From Minisyncoccota bacterium (GTDB lineage: Bacteria > Patescibacteriota > Minisyncoccia > Phycocordibacterales > JBAYGS01), in NCBI GenBank assembly GCA_041666545.1, contig JBAYGS010000001.1:89942-153941 (forward strand): a stretch of DNA of 64,000 nt, written 5' to 3'. Position 1 is the first letter of the stretch, and each line of letters opens with the position of its first letter. Below are positions 9,251 through 19,411 of this stretch, piece after piece. Under the pieces are notes generated by a model. The model ran no database searches. It saw only the letters and a program-made list of their open reading frames with translations, and was not told the origin of the DNA. Both the position numbers and the translations under genes were made by a program.

Positions 9251-10018
9251 TCACTCCAACTGAAACTGAACCGACCTGATTCGAACCCAGCCCTCGGCCA
9301 ATTTCGGCTCGAGATAGGCGCGAACCATTTTCTCGAAGGCAATCTGCTGTTCGTAATCCATCGGATTGCTAAACTTCGCGAGCTCCTTGCTGTTTTGGAA
9401 CTGGAAGTTGTAAAGATGAAACCGGACACAGTCGGCGATGCTGCCCAGGTGCCTTTCCGCTCCCATTTTGCGCTTGAAGGCCGTCGCCTGGACCTTGGCC
9501 CGCGGACTGCCACCTTCGCTGTAAACGATTTGGTAAGAGATTTGCTGGACCTTGGGATTTTCGGTGACTGGTCGAACCACCATGGCGACCTCCACCGTCT
9601 GTTCGTGATAGTCGGTCAGGTGATAGCCCTGGCCGGTCCAGAGCTTCAAATCCGAACGGCGAACAAACTCACCGTGTCGGAAAATCCTCAAAACATGGCC
9701 TTCCCGGTTCTCAAGCATTGTCATGGGTTTGACTGTTTCGAATCGAAACTCTGACAACAGGACAGGCGGCAATGTTCCGAGGAGGACCAACACCATCGAG
9801 AGAATGGACAGTGACAAAACAGTTGCAAAGAACATCACCCGCCGACTCCGGCCGTGAGAGAAGACCGAGTAAAGGGTTGCTTTCTTGCGCACTTGGCGTA
9901 GCAAAATAATTCCACCAAAAAGTACACACAGGCCGCAGAAGACCGGGGACATTAACCAGAAGATGCCTGCACCATCCAAATTTGCGATGTCTAGGCTTAG
10001 TTGATCGAGAAGGTTCAT
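9251..10018 (-). CDS. Hypothetical membrane protein, paralogue of 8343-9101
   Basis: Same architecture and motifs; start uncertain (ORF open to 10087). Confidence 0.7.
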   Translation of the reverse strand: MNLLDQLSLDIANLDGAGIFWLMSPVFCGLCVLFGGIILLRQVRKKATLYSVFSHGRSRRVMFFATVLSLSILSMVLVLLGTLPPVLLSEFRFETVKPMTMLENREGHVLRIFRHGEFVRRSDLKLWTGQGYHLTDYHEQTVEVAMVVRPVTENPKVQQISYQIVYSEGGSPRAKVQATAFKRKMGAERHLGSIADCVRFHLYNFQFQNSKELAKFSNPMDYEQQIAFEKMVRAYLEPKLAEGWVRIRSVQFQLE

Positions 10019-10227
10019 AATTTCAGTCTGATTTGATTTTTTAGGGGAAGTAGCAGTGCCAGATCCCAACGGTTCTATTTCTAACAATACAGATTAAATT
10101 AGAGTTGTCAACATCGTTTTAAAGCCATTTTTGCGGTACTATATTGGGACAAATCCTAAGTTTAGAGGTTTGAAAGTTTTGAAGTCAGAGTCGCTGGCAC
10201 TAAATTTTTGAACTATGAACCAACAAA

Positions 10228-11472
10228 ATGCGCCAGTCACAACTTTTCACTAAATCACGCAAAGAGGCTCCAAAAGATGAGGTGGCCAAGAACGCCGAAC
10301 TTTTGATTCGAGCCGGTTTTATCAATAAAGAAATGGCCGGTGCCTATTCTTATTTGCCTTTGGGCTTAAGGACTTTAAACAAAATTGTTGGGATCATCCG
10401 CGAGGAGATGAACGGCTTGGGCGCCCAGGAACTTTTTTTGACGGCGCTACAAGAAAAAACTGTTTGGGAAAAGACTGACCGCTGGAGCGACGATAAAGTT
10501 GATAACTGGTTTAAAACTAAATTAAAAAGTGGCACTGAATTAGGCTTAGGTTTTACTCACGAGGAACCACTGACGGCCTTGATGAAAAATCACATCAGCT
10601 CTTTTCGGGATTTACCACTCTCAGCCTACCAATTCCAAACCAAATTTAGAAATGAAGCCCGCGCCAAGAGTGGCATTTTGCGTGGTCGAGAATTTTTGAT
10701 GAAGGATTTGTATTCTTTTTCTAAAGACGAAAAAGAGCACAATGAATTTTATGAAAGGGTTAAGGGCGCTTACAGTCGAATTTTCCAAAAAGTCGGCTTG
10801 GGTGATCAGACCTATGTGACTTTTGCTTCCGGAGGAAGTTTTAGCAAATATTCCCACGAATTCCAAACTCTGACCTCAGCCGGTGAAGATAATATTTATG
10901 TTTGTAATTCCTGCCGCATCGCCGTCAACGAGGAAATTATTAAAGATCAGCCAACCTGTCCGAACTGTAAAAGCGACAAACTCGAAGTCAAAAAAGCGGT
11001 TGAAGTCGGCAATATTTTCAGTCTTGGCGATAGGTTTTCCAAAGCCTTGGATTTGGTGTATCTTGATCAGGCCGGCGTTAAGAAACCGGTGATTATGGGC
11101 TCCTACGGCATCGGCCCAGGCCGAGTCATGGGTACCATTGTTGAGATTAATTCCGATGAAAATGGCATCATCTGGCCAAAAGCGGTGGCACCCTTCCAAA
11201 TTCACCTGATTTCAGTTGACGGTGGCAAGCCGGAGATTAAGGAAAAGGCGGAGAAAATTTATGAGGCTCTACTCAAAAGTGGCACGGAAGTTTTGTTCGA
11301 TGACCGAGAATTGCGCGCCGGCGAAAAGTTTGCCGAAGCCGATTTGCTGGGTCTCCCGCTTCGAGTAGTCGTGAGTGATAAATCCTTGAAGGCTGGTGGC
11401 GTGGAAGTCAAAGAGCGCAAGGGTGGGGCAGTCCGAATTGTGGCAGAGGAGCACATTTTAAGCCAGGTCTAA
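10228..11472 (+). CDS. proS: Proline--tRNA ligase (short form, no editing insertion)
   Basis: THEE, KFRNE.R..SG.LRGREF.MKD.YSF, MGSYGIG. Confidence 0.95.
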   Translation: MRQSQLFTKSRKEAPKDEVAKNAELLIRAGFINKEMAGAYSYLPLGLRTLNKIVGIIREEMNGLGAQELFLTALQEKTVWEKTDRWSDDKVDNWFKTKLKSGTELGLGFTHEEPLTALMKNHISSFRDLPLSAYQFQTKFRNEARAKSGILRGREFLMKDLYSFSKDEKEHNEFYERVKGAYSRIFQKVGLGDQTYVTFASGGSFSKYSHEFQTLTSAGEDNIYVCNSCRIAVNEEIIKDQPTCPNCKSDKLEVKKAVEVGNIFSLGDRFSKALDLVYLDQAGVKKPVIMGSYGIGPGRVMGTIVEINSDENGIIWPKAVAPFQIHLISVDGGKPEIKEKAEKIYEALLKSGTEVLFDDRELRAGEKFAEADLLGLPLRVVVSDKSLKAGGVEVKERKGGAVRIVAEEHILSQV

Positions 11473-11582
11473 AATACCAATCTGCGAATTTGATTCCCAT
11501 CAACTAATATCCGAATGGGAAGTTTTTCTCCTATTAGTTATTCGTAGATTGGGATAAAATTCGTGGATTGGTATTACATTTT

Positions 11583-12644
11583 ATGAAAAGAATTATAAAT
11601 AAATTTGGCGAGATGTTTTCCCAGGATATCGGTATCGACTTGGGCACGGCTAATACTTTGGTTTATGTGAGTGGGGAAGGCATCGTCATCAACGAGCCGT
11701 CGGTAGTCGCTATCAACCAAAAAACCGGACGCGTGGTCGCCGTCGGTAGTGAGGCCAAACAAATGCTCGGCCGCACACCGGCCCACATCGTGGCGGTACG
11801 CCCGCTCGTTGACGGGGTCATTTCCGATTTCGAAGTGACCGAGGAAATGATTCTCTACCTTTTGAATAAAGCCCAAGGTGGGAAAAAGAAATTTTTTGGC
11901 CCGCGCGTGGTAGTCGGCGTGCCGTCCGGTGTCACCAATGTCGAGACTCGCGCTGTGCGTGACGCCACCAAAAACGCCGGCGCCAGGGAAGTTTTGATTG
12001 TTGAGGAGCCGATGGCCGGCGCAATCGGCATTAAACTGCCGGTAATGGAACCGGTCGGCAATATGGTAATCGACATCGGCGGAGGTACTTCGGATATCGC
12101 GGTGATTTCACTCGGCGGGATTGTGCGCTCGAAAAATTTGCGCGTGGCCGGCGACCGATTGAATAATGATATTATCGCTTACATCAGAAGCGAGTTTAAA
12201 ATTTTGATTGGTGAAAAAACTGCTGAGGAGGTGAAAATTAAAATTGGTGCGGTGATTTCCGGTGAACGCCCGACTGAAGCTACGATCCGTGGCCGAGATT
12301 TGGTGACCGGACTACCTCGCGAGGTAATCGTCACCGATTCGGACATTAGGGAGGCCATGGCTCAATCAATTGACAACTTGCTCGAATCATCAAAGGAAGT
12401 TTTGGAAACCACTCCGCCGGAAATTTTGGCCGATGTCATGCAACGCGGTATCCACTTGGTCGGCGGCGGGGCACTAATCCGTGGCCTTGATCGCCTACTT
12501 TCTGACTATTTGAAAATCCCGGTTTTCGTTTCTGACGATCCTCTAACGGCGATTGCGCGCGGGGCCGGCGTGATTTTGGAAAATTTGCCCCAATACCAGG
12601 AAGTACTTATTGAAAACGAAGATGACCTACCACCTAAGAAGTAG
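11583..12644 (+). CDS. mreB: Rod shape-determining protein MreB
   Basis: GIDLGTANT, DIGGGT, GGGAL. Confidence 0.96.
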   Translation: MKRIINKFGEMFSQDIGIDLGTANTLVYVSGEGIVINEPSVVAINQKTGRVVAVGSEAKQMLGRTPAHIVAVRPLVDGVISDFEVTEEMILYLLNKAQGGKKKFFGPRVVVGVPSGVTNVETRAVRDATKNAGAREVLIVEEPMAGAIGIKLPVMEPVGNMVIDIGGGTSDIAVISLGGIVRSKNLRVAGDRLNNDIIAYIRSEFKILIGEKTAEEVKIKIGAVISGERPTEATIRGRDLVTGLPREVIVTDSDIREAMAQSIDNLLESSKEVLETTPPEILADVMQRGIHLVGGGALIRGLDRLLSDYLKIPVFVSDDPLTAIARGAGVILENLPQYQEVLIENEDDLPPKK

Positions 12645-13410
12645 CTCTAGACGAAGCCGGCCGATTTTTGCCCGATTAGTTTCGATTCTAGTAGTCGTCC
12701 TCCTTCTAGGCTGGTTCGGTAGTCTGGCACCGATCCGAAATTTGGCCATAGATTTGGCCCGGCCATTCTGGGATTTTAAAACTGCTGCTTGGCGGGGCTT
12801 CCTCGTGGACAGCAGTCTAATTCAGGCAAAGCAGTCCCTGATTATTGAAACTGCCGGCCTAAGACAGCAAATTCAAGGTCTGGACGCTAAACTTCTGGAG
12901 TTTAATCGGATTTCCGCAGAGAATCTTGAATTGAAAAATTTACTGGGTCGGAAAGAAATCAACCGATCCGAAATTCTGACACGGGTGATCAGTGGTCCCA
13001 ACCAGACGCCTTTCGACACAATTTTAATTGATCGGGGTGAAGAAAATGGTATTAAAATAGGTGATAGGGTTGTTGCGCTTGGCAGTGTGGCTATCGCCCA
13101 AATAACCGAGGTTTTCACAAACACGGCTCGCGCCACACTATTTTCCTTTCCAGGTAAAAGCGCCGACGCTCTGATTGGCGACAGCGGAGTTATCACCACG
13201 GCTATTGGTCGAGGTGGTGGAAATTTTGAAGCCAAATTGCCCCGAGAAGTCGAGGTTAAATCTGGCGATGCGATTGTAATTCCTGAAATTGACTCCCACG
13301 CCTTCGCCGTAGTTGAGGATGTCTTACTCAAGCCAACCGACTCTTTTCAGACTATCTACTTTAAAAATCCGGTCAATGTCTCCGAGTTAGACTGGGTTAC
13401 TGTTAACTAA
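12622..13410 (+). CDS. mreC: Rod shape-determining protein MreC
   Basis: TM, coiled coil (EN..LK.LL), IDRG...GI..G; follows mreB. Confidence 0.88.
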   Translation: MTYHLRSSSRRSRPIFARLVSILVVVLLLGWFGSLAPIRNLAIDLARPFWDFKTAAWRGFLVDSSLIQAKQSLIIETAGLRQQIQGLDAKLLEFNRISAENLELKNLLGRKEINRSEILTRVISGPNQTPFDTILIDRGEENGIKIGDRVVALGSVAIAQITEVFTNTARATLFSFPGKSADALIGDSGVITTAIGRGGGNFEAKLPREVEVKSGDAIVIPEIDSHAFAVVEDVLLKPTDSFQTIYFKNPVNVSELDWVTVN

Positions 13411-13415
13411 ATCAG

Positions 13416-13700
13416 ATGACAACTCGACCAATATTAACGAGAGTGGTCTCCGGCGTTTTGCTTCTTTTGGCGTTGCTTCTCACGCCGTGGTGGCTGACAT
13501 TTGCTCTCGGTTTGGTCGCAGTTTTTGTTTTTAAAGACTTTTACGAAATCATTATTCTGGGATTCTGCTTCGATCTGCTTTACGGGCCAGGACACATCTC
13601 GGGAGAAATTTTTAGAAGTTTTGCCGGCCTTTTGCTTTCGGCTTCGGTTCTGTTGCTGGCCACGATCATTAAAACTCGGCTGATTGTCTACAATCGTTGA
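13416..13700 (+). CDS. Small membrane protein at the MreD position
   Basis: Hydrophobic, G..FDLLYG motif, between mreC and pbp2. Confidence 0.6.
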   Translation: MTTRPILTRVVSGVLLLLALLLTPWWLTFALGLVAVFVFKDFYEIIILGFCFDLLYGPGHISGEIFRSFAGLLLSASVLLLATIIKTRLIVYNR

Positions 13701-13720
13701 TTGGGTGATAATTGAAAACA

Positions 13721-15424
13721 ATGTGGTTTGCTAAAATTAAAAGAATATTTGTGCGACGAGGGATGAGAAGGGGTGGCGAAATCGACCCGGACGAAATTCT
13801 GCTTGACGGCGCCAATTTGCCGGCCTTTGATGTTTACCAATTCGAAGGTCGGCTGGAAAAAGCCATCTCCAAAATTTCAGTGATTTCGGCCGGCATTTTT
13901 TTGCTCCTAGTGGGAGCTTTGTTCGGTGCCCGTATTTGGCACCTACAAATCGCCGAGGGTGCGCTTTACGAAGCCAAGAGCGAGGCCAATCGCTTGCGCC
14001 ACACTCTGGTATTTGCCGAGCGGGGAATTATCTCCGACCGCAATAAAAATCTCTTGGCCTGGAATATTCCAAGCGCCAAGGAAACCCAGTTTTCCCTCCG
14101 TCGCTACGCGCCGATTGATGGCGTGGGCAACCTGTTGGGTTATGTCAAATATCCTTCTAAGGATAGTGCTGGCTTCTACTATCGCGAAGACTTCATCGGT
14201 CTCGATGGGCTGGAAAAGACCTACAACGATAAGCTTGGTGGTCAGAACGGCCTCAAAATCACCGAGACAGATGCCTTGAATAAAATCCAGTCCGAGAGTG
14301 TCCTGCGTCCTCCTAAAGACGGCGAGAGTCTGACTCTCTCAATCGACTCCGGATTGCAATCGGCCATGTTTAAGTTCATCAAGGAATTAGCGAATTCGTC
14401 AAAATTTACCGGCGGGGCCGGCGTAATCATGGATGTTAAAACCGGAGAGCTCGTCGTGCTTACAACCTATCCGGAGTACCAATCGCAGGTACTTACTGAT
14501 GGAGACGATTCGGCGAAAATCGCCACCTTGGTTAATGACAAACGCACCCCATTTCTTTTTCGGACTATCGCCGGACTTTACACCCCTGGCTCAATCGTCA
14601 AACCATTTGTCGCTCTCGGGGCCCTCCAAGAAAATGTGATAGACCCGAGCACAAAAATCTTGAGTACCGGCTCAATCTCAATTCCAAACCAGTATGACCC
14701 GACCAAAAAATCAACTTTTCGAGATTGGCGCGCCCACGGCTGGGTTGATATGAGACAGGCCCTGGCTGTTTCGTCGGATGTTTATTTTTACGAAATTGGC
14801 GGCGGATTTGAGAGTCAGCCCGGCTTGGGAATCTCCCGAATCGATAAGTATGTCAGCTTGTTTGGTCTGGGTAGTGATGTGCCGGGCGAGATGTTCAACG
14901 GGACGGCCGGCACGATTCCCAACCCGGAGTGGAAAGCTGACAACTTTGAGGATAAAACTTGGCGAGTCGGCGACACCTACAACACCGCTATCGGTCAATA
15001 CGGTTTTCAAGTGACACCGCTTCAAATCGTGCGCGCCATTGGTGCAGTAGCGAACGGCGGAAAACTTTTTGACCCGCAAATTATCAGGTCGGAAACTCCG
15101 GCTCAATTTCTGCAAATTCCGATTGACGAAAAACATTATGCCGTGGTGCGAGAGGGGATGCGACAGGCCGTGCTCATGGGCACGACCCAGGCTCTGAATG
15201 TTCTGCAAGTCGAAGTCGCCGGTAAAACCGGTACAGCCGAACTCGGCACCACTAAAAGTTTCGTCAACTCCTGGGTGACTGGCTTTTTCCCATATCGAGA
15301 TCCACATTACGCCTTCGCGGTAATTATGGAAAAGGGACCAGTCGCCAATCTGGTCGGCGCCGCCTATGTAATGCGTCAATTTCTAGACTGGTTATACCAA
15401 AATGCCCCCGAGTATCTTGAGTAG
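13721..15424 (+). CDS. mrdA: Class B penicillin-binding protein 2
   Basis: PGSIVK (SxxK), SSD (SxN variant), GKTGTAE. Confidence 0.9.
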   Translation: MWFAKIKRIFVRRGMRRGGEIDPDEILLDGANLPAFDVYQFEGRLEKAISKISVISAGIFLLLVGALFGARIWHLQIAEGALYEAKSEANRLRHTLVFAERGIISDRNKNLLAWNIPSAKETQFSLRRYAPIDGVGNLLGYVKYPSKDSAGFYYREDFIGLDGLEKTYNDKLGGQNGLKITETDALNKIQSESVLRPPKDGESLTLSIDSGLQSAMFKFIKELANSSKFTGGAGVIMDVKTGELVVLTTYPEYQSQVLTDGDDSAKIATLVNDKRTPFLFRTIAGLYTPGSIVKPFVALGALQENVIDPSTKILSTGSISIPNQYDPTKKSTFRDWRAHGWVDMRQALAVSSDVYFYEIGGGFESQPGLGISRIDKYVSLFGLGSDVPGEMFNGTAGTIPNPEWKADNFEDKTWRVGDTYNTAIGQYGFQVTPLQIVRAIGAVANGGKLFDPQIIRSETPAQFLQIPIDEKHYAVVREGMRQAVLMGTTQALNVLQVEVAGKTGTAELGTTKSFVNSWVTGFFPYRDPHYAFAVIMEKGPVANLVGAAYVMRQFLDWLYQNAPEYLE

Positions 15425-15476
15425 AGTACAAGGGCTTAGTGGGTCCAAAACCCCTAAAGTTGTGAGACCAAGTCAT

Positions 15477-15504
15477 TTGACTTTGGCCCTGATTTCTGTA
15501 TAAT
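15477..15504 (+). promoter_or_regulatory. sigma70-type promoter of greA
   Basis: TTGACT-16-TATAAT; implies the real start is ATG 15530. Confidence 0.6.
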
Positions 15505-15529
15505 GGCTCAACTTTTAACCCAATTTTTT

Positions 15530-15997
15530 ATGGATAAAGAAAAATCTTACCTAACTCAAGACAAATTTAACGAGCTAAAAATCGAGCTAGAAAGCCTCAA
15601 AACTGTGAAGCGAAAGGAGGTGGCAGAAAGCCTGGAAGCGGCCAAATCCTTGGGCGATTTGTCAGAAAACGCCGAATACCAGGAAGCCAGAGAGCTTCAG
15701 GCCCAGATTGAAGACCGTATCGGCTATCTAGAAAATATGCTCAAGACCGCTTCGATTGTCGGATCTCACCACAGCGAAAAGGTTGAGGTTGGTTCTACTG
15801 TGGTTGTCCACAAAGGCAAAGAGAAGACTGAATATAAGTACCAGATTGTCGGCTCCGAAGAGGCCAACATGGCCGCCGGCAAGCTGTCCAATCTCTCACC
15901 GCTCGGGCTCGCCTTGATGGGTAAAAAAGTTGACGAAACATTTACCTTCAAGACACCGGCCGGTGTTGTGAGCTACAAGGTCATCAACATCAAATAG
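15530..15997 (+). CDS. greA: Transcription elongation factor GreA
   Basis: GDLSENAEY, S..SPLG.AL. Confidence 0.95.
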   Translation: MDKEKSYLTQDKFNELKIELESLKTVKRKEVAESLEAAKSLGDLSENAEYQEARELQAQIEDRIGYLENMLKTASIVGSHHSEKVEVGSTVVVHKGKEKTEYKYQIVGSEEANMAAGKLSNLSPLGLALMGKKVDETFTFKTPAGVVSYKVINIK

Positions 15998-16038
15998 CAG
16001 AAATTAAAAACTCGCGAGACTCGCGAGTTTCTGCGTTA

Positions 16039-16419
16039 TCAGGAAAGACTTTTGGTCTTGCGTCCGGTAATCGAATGATGCCCGACCATTTGCGCAACCT
16101 TTCTGGCGGCAGCCATGAGCTCAACCTGACTTACCGGAGCAGAGAGAAGCGCGGCCGTAGCCAACAATTCGGCATGTCGTCTCTTTTGACAGGCGAAACA
16201 GACTCGAATCTCATTTTTTCCTTCAAATACCGTGGTGGTATTGTAGGTAGATAAGATTACTTCAGGATGCTGACACTTGGGATCCTGGCAATTGGCCCTT
16301 CCCTTGAAACGCTCGATCGGCGGCGACCCCAGACCACTACTTGCCGACCCAAGCGGTATCGCTGTGCCAGCCAGACTCTTAGCTGAAAAGCTATTGTCAA
16401 ACTTTAGGTTAACTTGCAC
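16039..16419 (-). CDS. Hypothetical protein, possible Zn-binding
   Basis: GTG start after AAAGGA; CQDPKC...CFAC. Confidence 0.5.
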   Translation of the reverse strand: MQVNLKFDNSFSAKSLAGTAIPLGSASSGLGSPPIERFKGRANCQDPKCQHPEVILSTYNTTTVFEGKNEIRVCFACQKRRHAELLATAALLSAPVSQVELMAAARKVAQMVGHHSITGRKTKSLS

Positions 16420-16539
16420 GCAACTTCCTTTGGTTGTCCTATCCCGACCTCTTGTTCTTTTCTAAATTTATCACTCTGGTATGAAAAAGCAACCCGAAAG
16501 CGCTATAATGGTGATACGGGGCGACCCGTTTTTACATTT

Positions 16540-17232
16540 ATGAAGAACCGAAAATATTGGGTCCCGAGACTAATACCACAAATCCTCCAGCCGATTATCT
16601 GCGCTTTGGCCTGGCTGTTTTTTAAGATTTTCGCCAAAATAGAGTTTCGCGGGACGGAAAAAGTCCGCGCTCTTTCCAGTGGCGCCATTTTTGCCGCCAA
16701 TCATGTGAGCGAGCTTGATGTTCCTTTGTTGCGCATCGGCCTGCCATTTTTCGGACCCTTAGCCCCACTCTATTATGTCTCGCGACCGAAAGAGTTTTAC
16801 ACCAAATCCGGCTGGCGGAAAATATTTTACGGTGGCCTGCTTTTTAGACTGCTCGGTTCCTATCCGGCCTATTCCGGTCATCGTGACTACGCCTATTCCT
16901 TGCAGGATTTTGATTCGCTCTTGAAAGCCGGTCGTAGTGTGGCAATTTTCCCCGAGGGCAAGCGAACTGTGAATGGGGAAATTGACTTTGCCCACGGTGG
17001 CGTGGCCTTTCTCGCCCATACCTACCGAAAGCCGGTAGTGCCGATTGCGATTCACGGTCTTTACAAGCTCAGCCTGCGCGACCTGCTACTATTCAAGCGC
17101 CGGATAGTCATCACTTATGGCGATCCGATTCAAGCCTCCGCCCTGGTACCGCAACAACACCCTACGGTCAAAGATTTTCAAGCCGGTAGCCAATACTTGA
17201 TGGCCAGGATTGCCGAAATGCTTCCGCGCTGA
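16540..17232 (+). CDS. Lysophospholipid acyltransferase (PlsC family), copy 1
   Basis: NHVSELD (HX4D), IFPEGKR. Confidence 0.85.
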   Translation: MKNRKYWVPRLIPQILQPIICALAWLFFKIFAKIEFRGTEKVRALSSGAIFAANHVSELDVPLLRIGLPFFGPLAPLYYVSRPKEFYTKSGWRKIFYGGLLFRLLGSYPAYSGHRDYAYSLQDFDSLLKAGRSVAIFPEGKRTVNGEIDFAHGGVAFLAHTYRKPVVPIAIHGLYKLSLRDLLLFKRRIVITYGDPIQASALVPQQHPTVKDFQAGSQYLMARIAEMLPR

Positions 17233-17263
17233 TATGATTCCAAAATCAATTTAAGCTAAAAAT

Positions 17264-18409
17264 ATGAGGACCCATCTGGAAATTAAAAACGAAACCGAGG
17301 CTAAATTACTCGCCGAAATTCACAAGCGAACGGATTTTAAAGGTATTAGAATTCAAAATCTTTTAAAATTACCAGACCTGACGCTAAAGACAAACTCACC
17401 AATCCGATTTATTGTCGACAAGGTTGTTGCTTTGCCGCGCTTCAAGGATTTCGATATTGTCTCAATTCCCCAAATTATCAGCGTTAAGAACAACTTTGAT
17501 GTCCTAAATACGCCCAAGGATCACCCGAGCCGACGCGAAAGTGACACCTATTACGCCTCGCCGGATATGGTCTTGCGGACCCAGATGACCGATGTCTGGC
17601 CCTTTTATCTCCGCGAACCTTCAATCGTCAAAAAACTCAACAACGACGGGGAAGCGGGGGCGCTTTGTTTTGGTAAGGTTTATCGCAAGGACGAAATTGA
17701 CCGCAACCATTTTCCGGCCTTCCACCAAATCGACGGCCTTTATTTGTGCAAACGCGAGAAGCGAACCATTACCCAAAAAGATTTAGTTGATGTACTGGTC
17801 GATATCGCCAAAAGTCTCTACGGCGAGAAAGTCGAGTGGAAGGTGATTCCGGATGATTTCCCTTACACGCACCAGAGTGTCGAAATGGACATCATGATGA
17901 ACGGCAATTGGCTGGAGATTCTTGGAGCGGGCCTGGTCCGGGATATTGTTCTCGAGAACTTGGGTGTTGACCCAAAAGTTTACAATGGCTGGGCCTTCGG
18001 CTTCGGCTTGGATCGTTTAGCGATGATTAAAATGGGTATCAATGATATCCGAGTACTTTGGTCTGATGACGAAAGAATTACCCGCCAATTCACCAGTTTG
18101 GATTCGAAATTCAAGGAAGTCAGCAAATACCCGCAAGCCGTTCGCGACATCTCCTTCATTGTTGGCAAAGGCGTCGGCCTCAATAACTACTACGAGATTG
18201 TCCGCGACTGTGGTGGCAATTTGATTGAAGAGGTTAAACTACTCGACACCTATGATGATGAGAAAAAATTCGGCAAGGACAACATCAGCTACACTTTTCG
18301 AGTTGTCTACCGTTCTCCGGAGCGAACCCTGACCAGCAAAGAAATTAACGACATTCACGAACAAATCCGCTCCAAAACTGTCTCTGAATTGTCGGCCAAA
18401 CTCCGCTAG
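17264..18409 (+). CDS. Single-chain (mitochondrial-type) phenylalanine--tRNA ligase: alpha catalytic domain plus ferredoxin-fold anticodon-binding domain
   Basis: NFD.L..P.DHPSR...DTYY, YRKDEIDRNHFP.FHQ, GWAFGFGLDRLAM, then SKYP...RDISF...YRS.ERTLT. Confidence 0.88.
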   Translation: MRTHLEIKNETEAKLLAEIHKRTDFKGIRIQNLLKLPDLTLKTNSPIRFIVDKVVALPRFKDFDIVSIPQIISVKNNFDVLNTPKDHPSRRESDTYYASPDMVLRTQMTDVWPFYLREPSIVKKLNNDGEAGALCFGKVYRKDEIDRNHFPAFHQIDGLYLCKREKRTITQKDLVDVLVDIAKSLYGEKVEWKVIPDDFPYTHQSVEMDIMMNGNWLEILGAGLVRDIVLENLGVDPKVYNGWAFGFGLDRLAMIKMGINDIRVLWSDDERITRQFTSLDSKFKEVSKYPQAVRDISFIVGKGVGLNNYYEIVRDCGGNLIEEVKLLDTYDDEKKFGKDNISYTFRVVYRSPERTLTSKEINDIHEQIRSKTVSELSAKLR

Positions 18410-18447
18410 GCATTAAAAAACCCCGACTTGTCATCGGGGTTTGAAAT

Positions 18448-18521
18448 TGGCAGCGGCGAGGAGACTTGAACCCCTACGGGCGGTTTTGGAGACCGCTGGC
18501 CTACCATTAGCCGACGCCGCT
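18448..18521 (-). tRNA. tRNA-Trp (CCA)
   Basis: Cloverleaf: AGCGGCG/CGCCGCT acceptor (A1-U72), G73, encoded CCA, anticodon arm GCGGT-CTCCAAA-ACCGC, TTCAAGT T loop. Confidence 0.93.
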
Positions 18522-18584
18522 GCAAGGAAGCTACTCTGTGCCAAGGTTATCACAATTAGGAATCATGACAACTTTACAAATTAC

Positions 18585-19355
18585 CTAGTTGTCATTTAAT
18601 TTTTTTGCAGAAAAGCCGAAAATATCTTTGTACCTTTTTTCCCCAAATAGGACTGGGTAAAAATCCTGTGTGGCCTTAATCTCAGTTTTGTTCGAAGGAT
18701 TAAAACCATAGACCTCGCCCTTTTTAAAAACTTTCAAATTCTCAACACCTTTTGTCAGACGGAAGCCCCTCGGTTTTGGGACAGTGGCATAGACTTCGAG
18801 AAATAATTTCTTCTGCTCCGGATTTAGGCCAGATCGATCTAAAATTTTAAAATGCTGAAGTATCAGAAGAATGGCATTTCGAGTATCCTTAAAAGTCTTA
18901 GTGCTTCTGTCTTTGCCAAATTCGAGTCCAATCCCAATTCTCGCGTTTGATATCAGGGCATTTTTTTCGGTTGCCTTCATGTAGAGAACATTTTTTGCAT
19001 TCGTAGCCTTAACAACTTTCATTGTCTCAGCATCAAGTTTGGTGACAATCACGCAGGATTTAAGCTCGCTTTCAGTAGAGTGAACATCTATTACAACATC
19101 GTAGGATTTTATCCTAGGTAACAACTGATGAGCTAAGCGCTCCTCATAAGTGCCATCCTTCCTTCCGGGAAACGACCGGTTAAGGTCAGACTCGATAAAG
19201 CGCTTCCTTTCTTTAACCGCTCGCTCGTTGGCAATCATAAAATCAACCCTACCTTTTGACAGGTCGAGTTCCTTTAAAGAAGCGATCACTCTCTGGCCCA
19301 GGCTTTCTGTGCCATGAGTGCCACCATTAATTAATATTGATGTCAGTTTTTTCAT
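18585..19355 (-). CDS. Succinylglutamate desuccinylase/aspartoacylase family (M14-like) Zn hydrolase
   Basis: GGTHGTE, DLNRSFPG, IDVHST. Confidence 0.88.
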   Translation of the reverse strand: MKKLTSILINGGTHGTESLGQRVIASLKELDLSKGRVDFMIANERAVKERKRFIESDLNRSFPGRKDGTYEERLAHQLLPRIKSYDVVIDVHSTESELKSCVIVTKLDAETMKVVKATNAKNVLYMKATEKNALISNARIGIGLEFGKDRSTKTFKDTRNAILLILQHFKILDRSGLNPEQKKLFLEVYATVPKPRGFRLTKGVENLKVFKKGEVYGFNPSNKTEIKATQDFYPVLFGEKRYKDIFGFSAKKLNDN

Positions 19356-19360
19356 ATGTA

Positions 19361-19396
19361 TAAAAAAGGTTCCTTAAACTAAGTGGTAAAAGGAAC
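19361..19396 (-). terminator. Possible terminator after the GNAT-like gene
   Basis: Minus strand GGTTCCTT...AAGGAACC followed by TTTTTT. Confidence 0.5.
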
Positions 19397-19411
19397 CCTG
19401 AATATTTAGGA

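Noticed and set aside
10088-10227. T-box upstream of proS (also checked PheRS, lysS, glyQS, trpS and gltX leaders)
   Set aside because: No UGGNACC antiterminator found; most of these leaders are too short.
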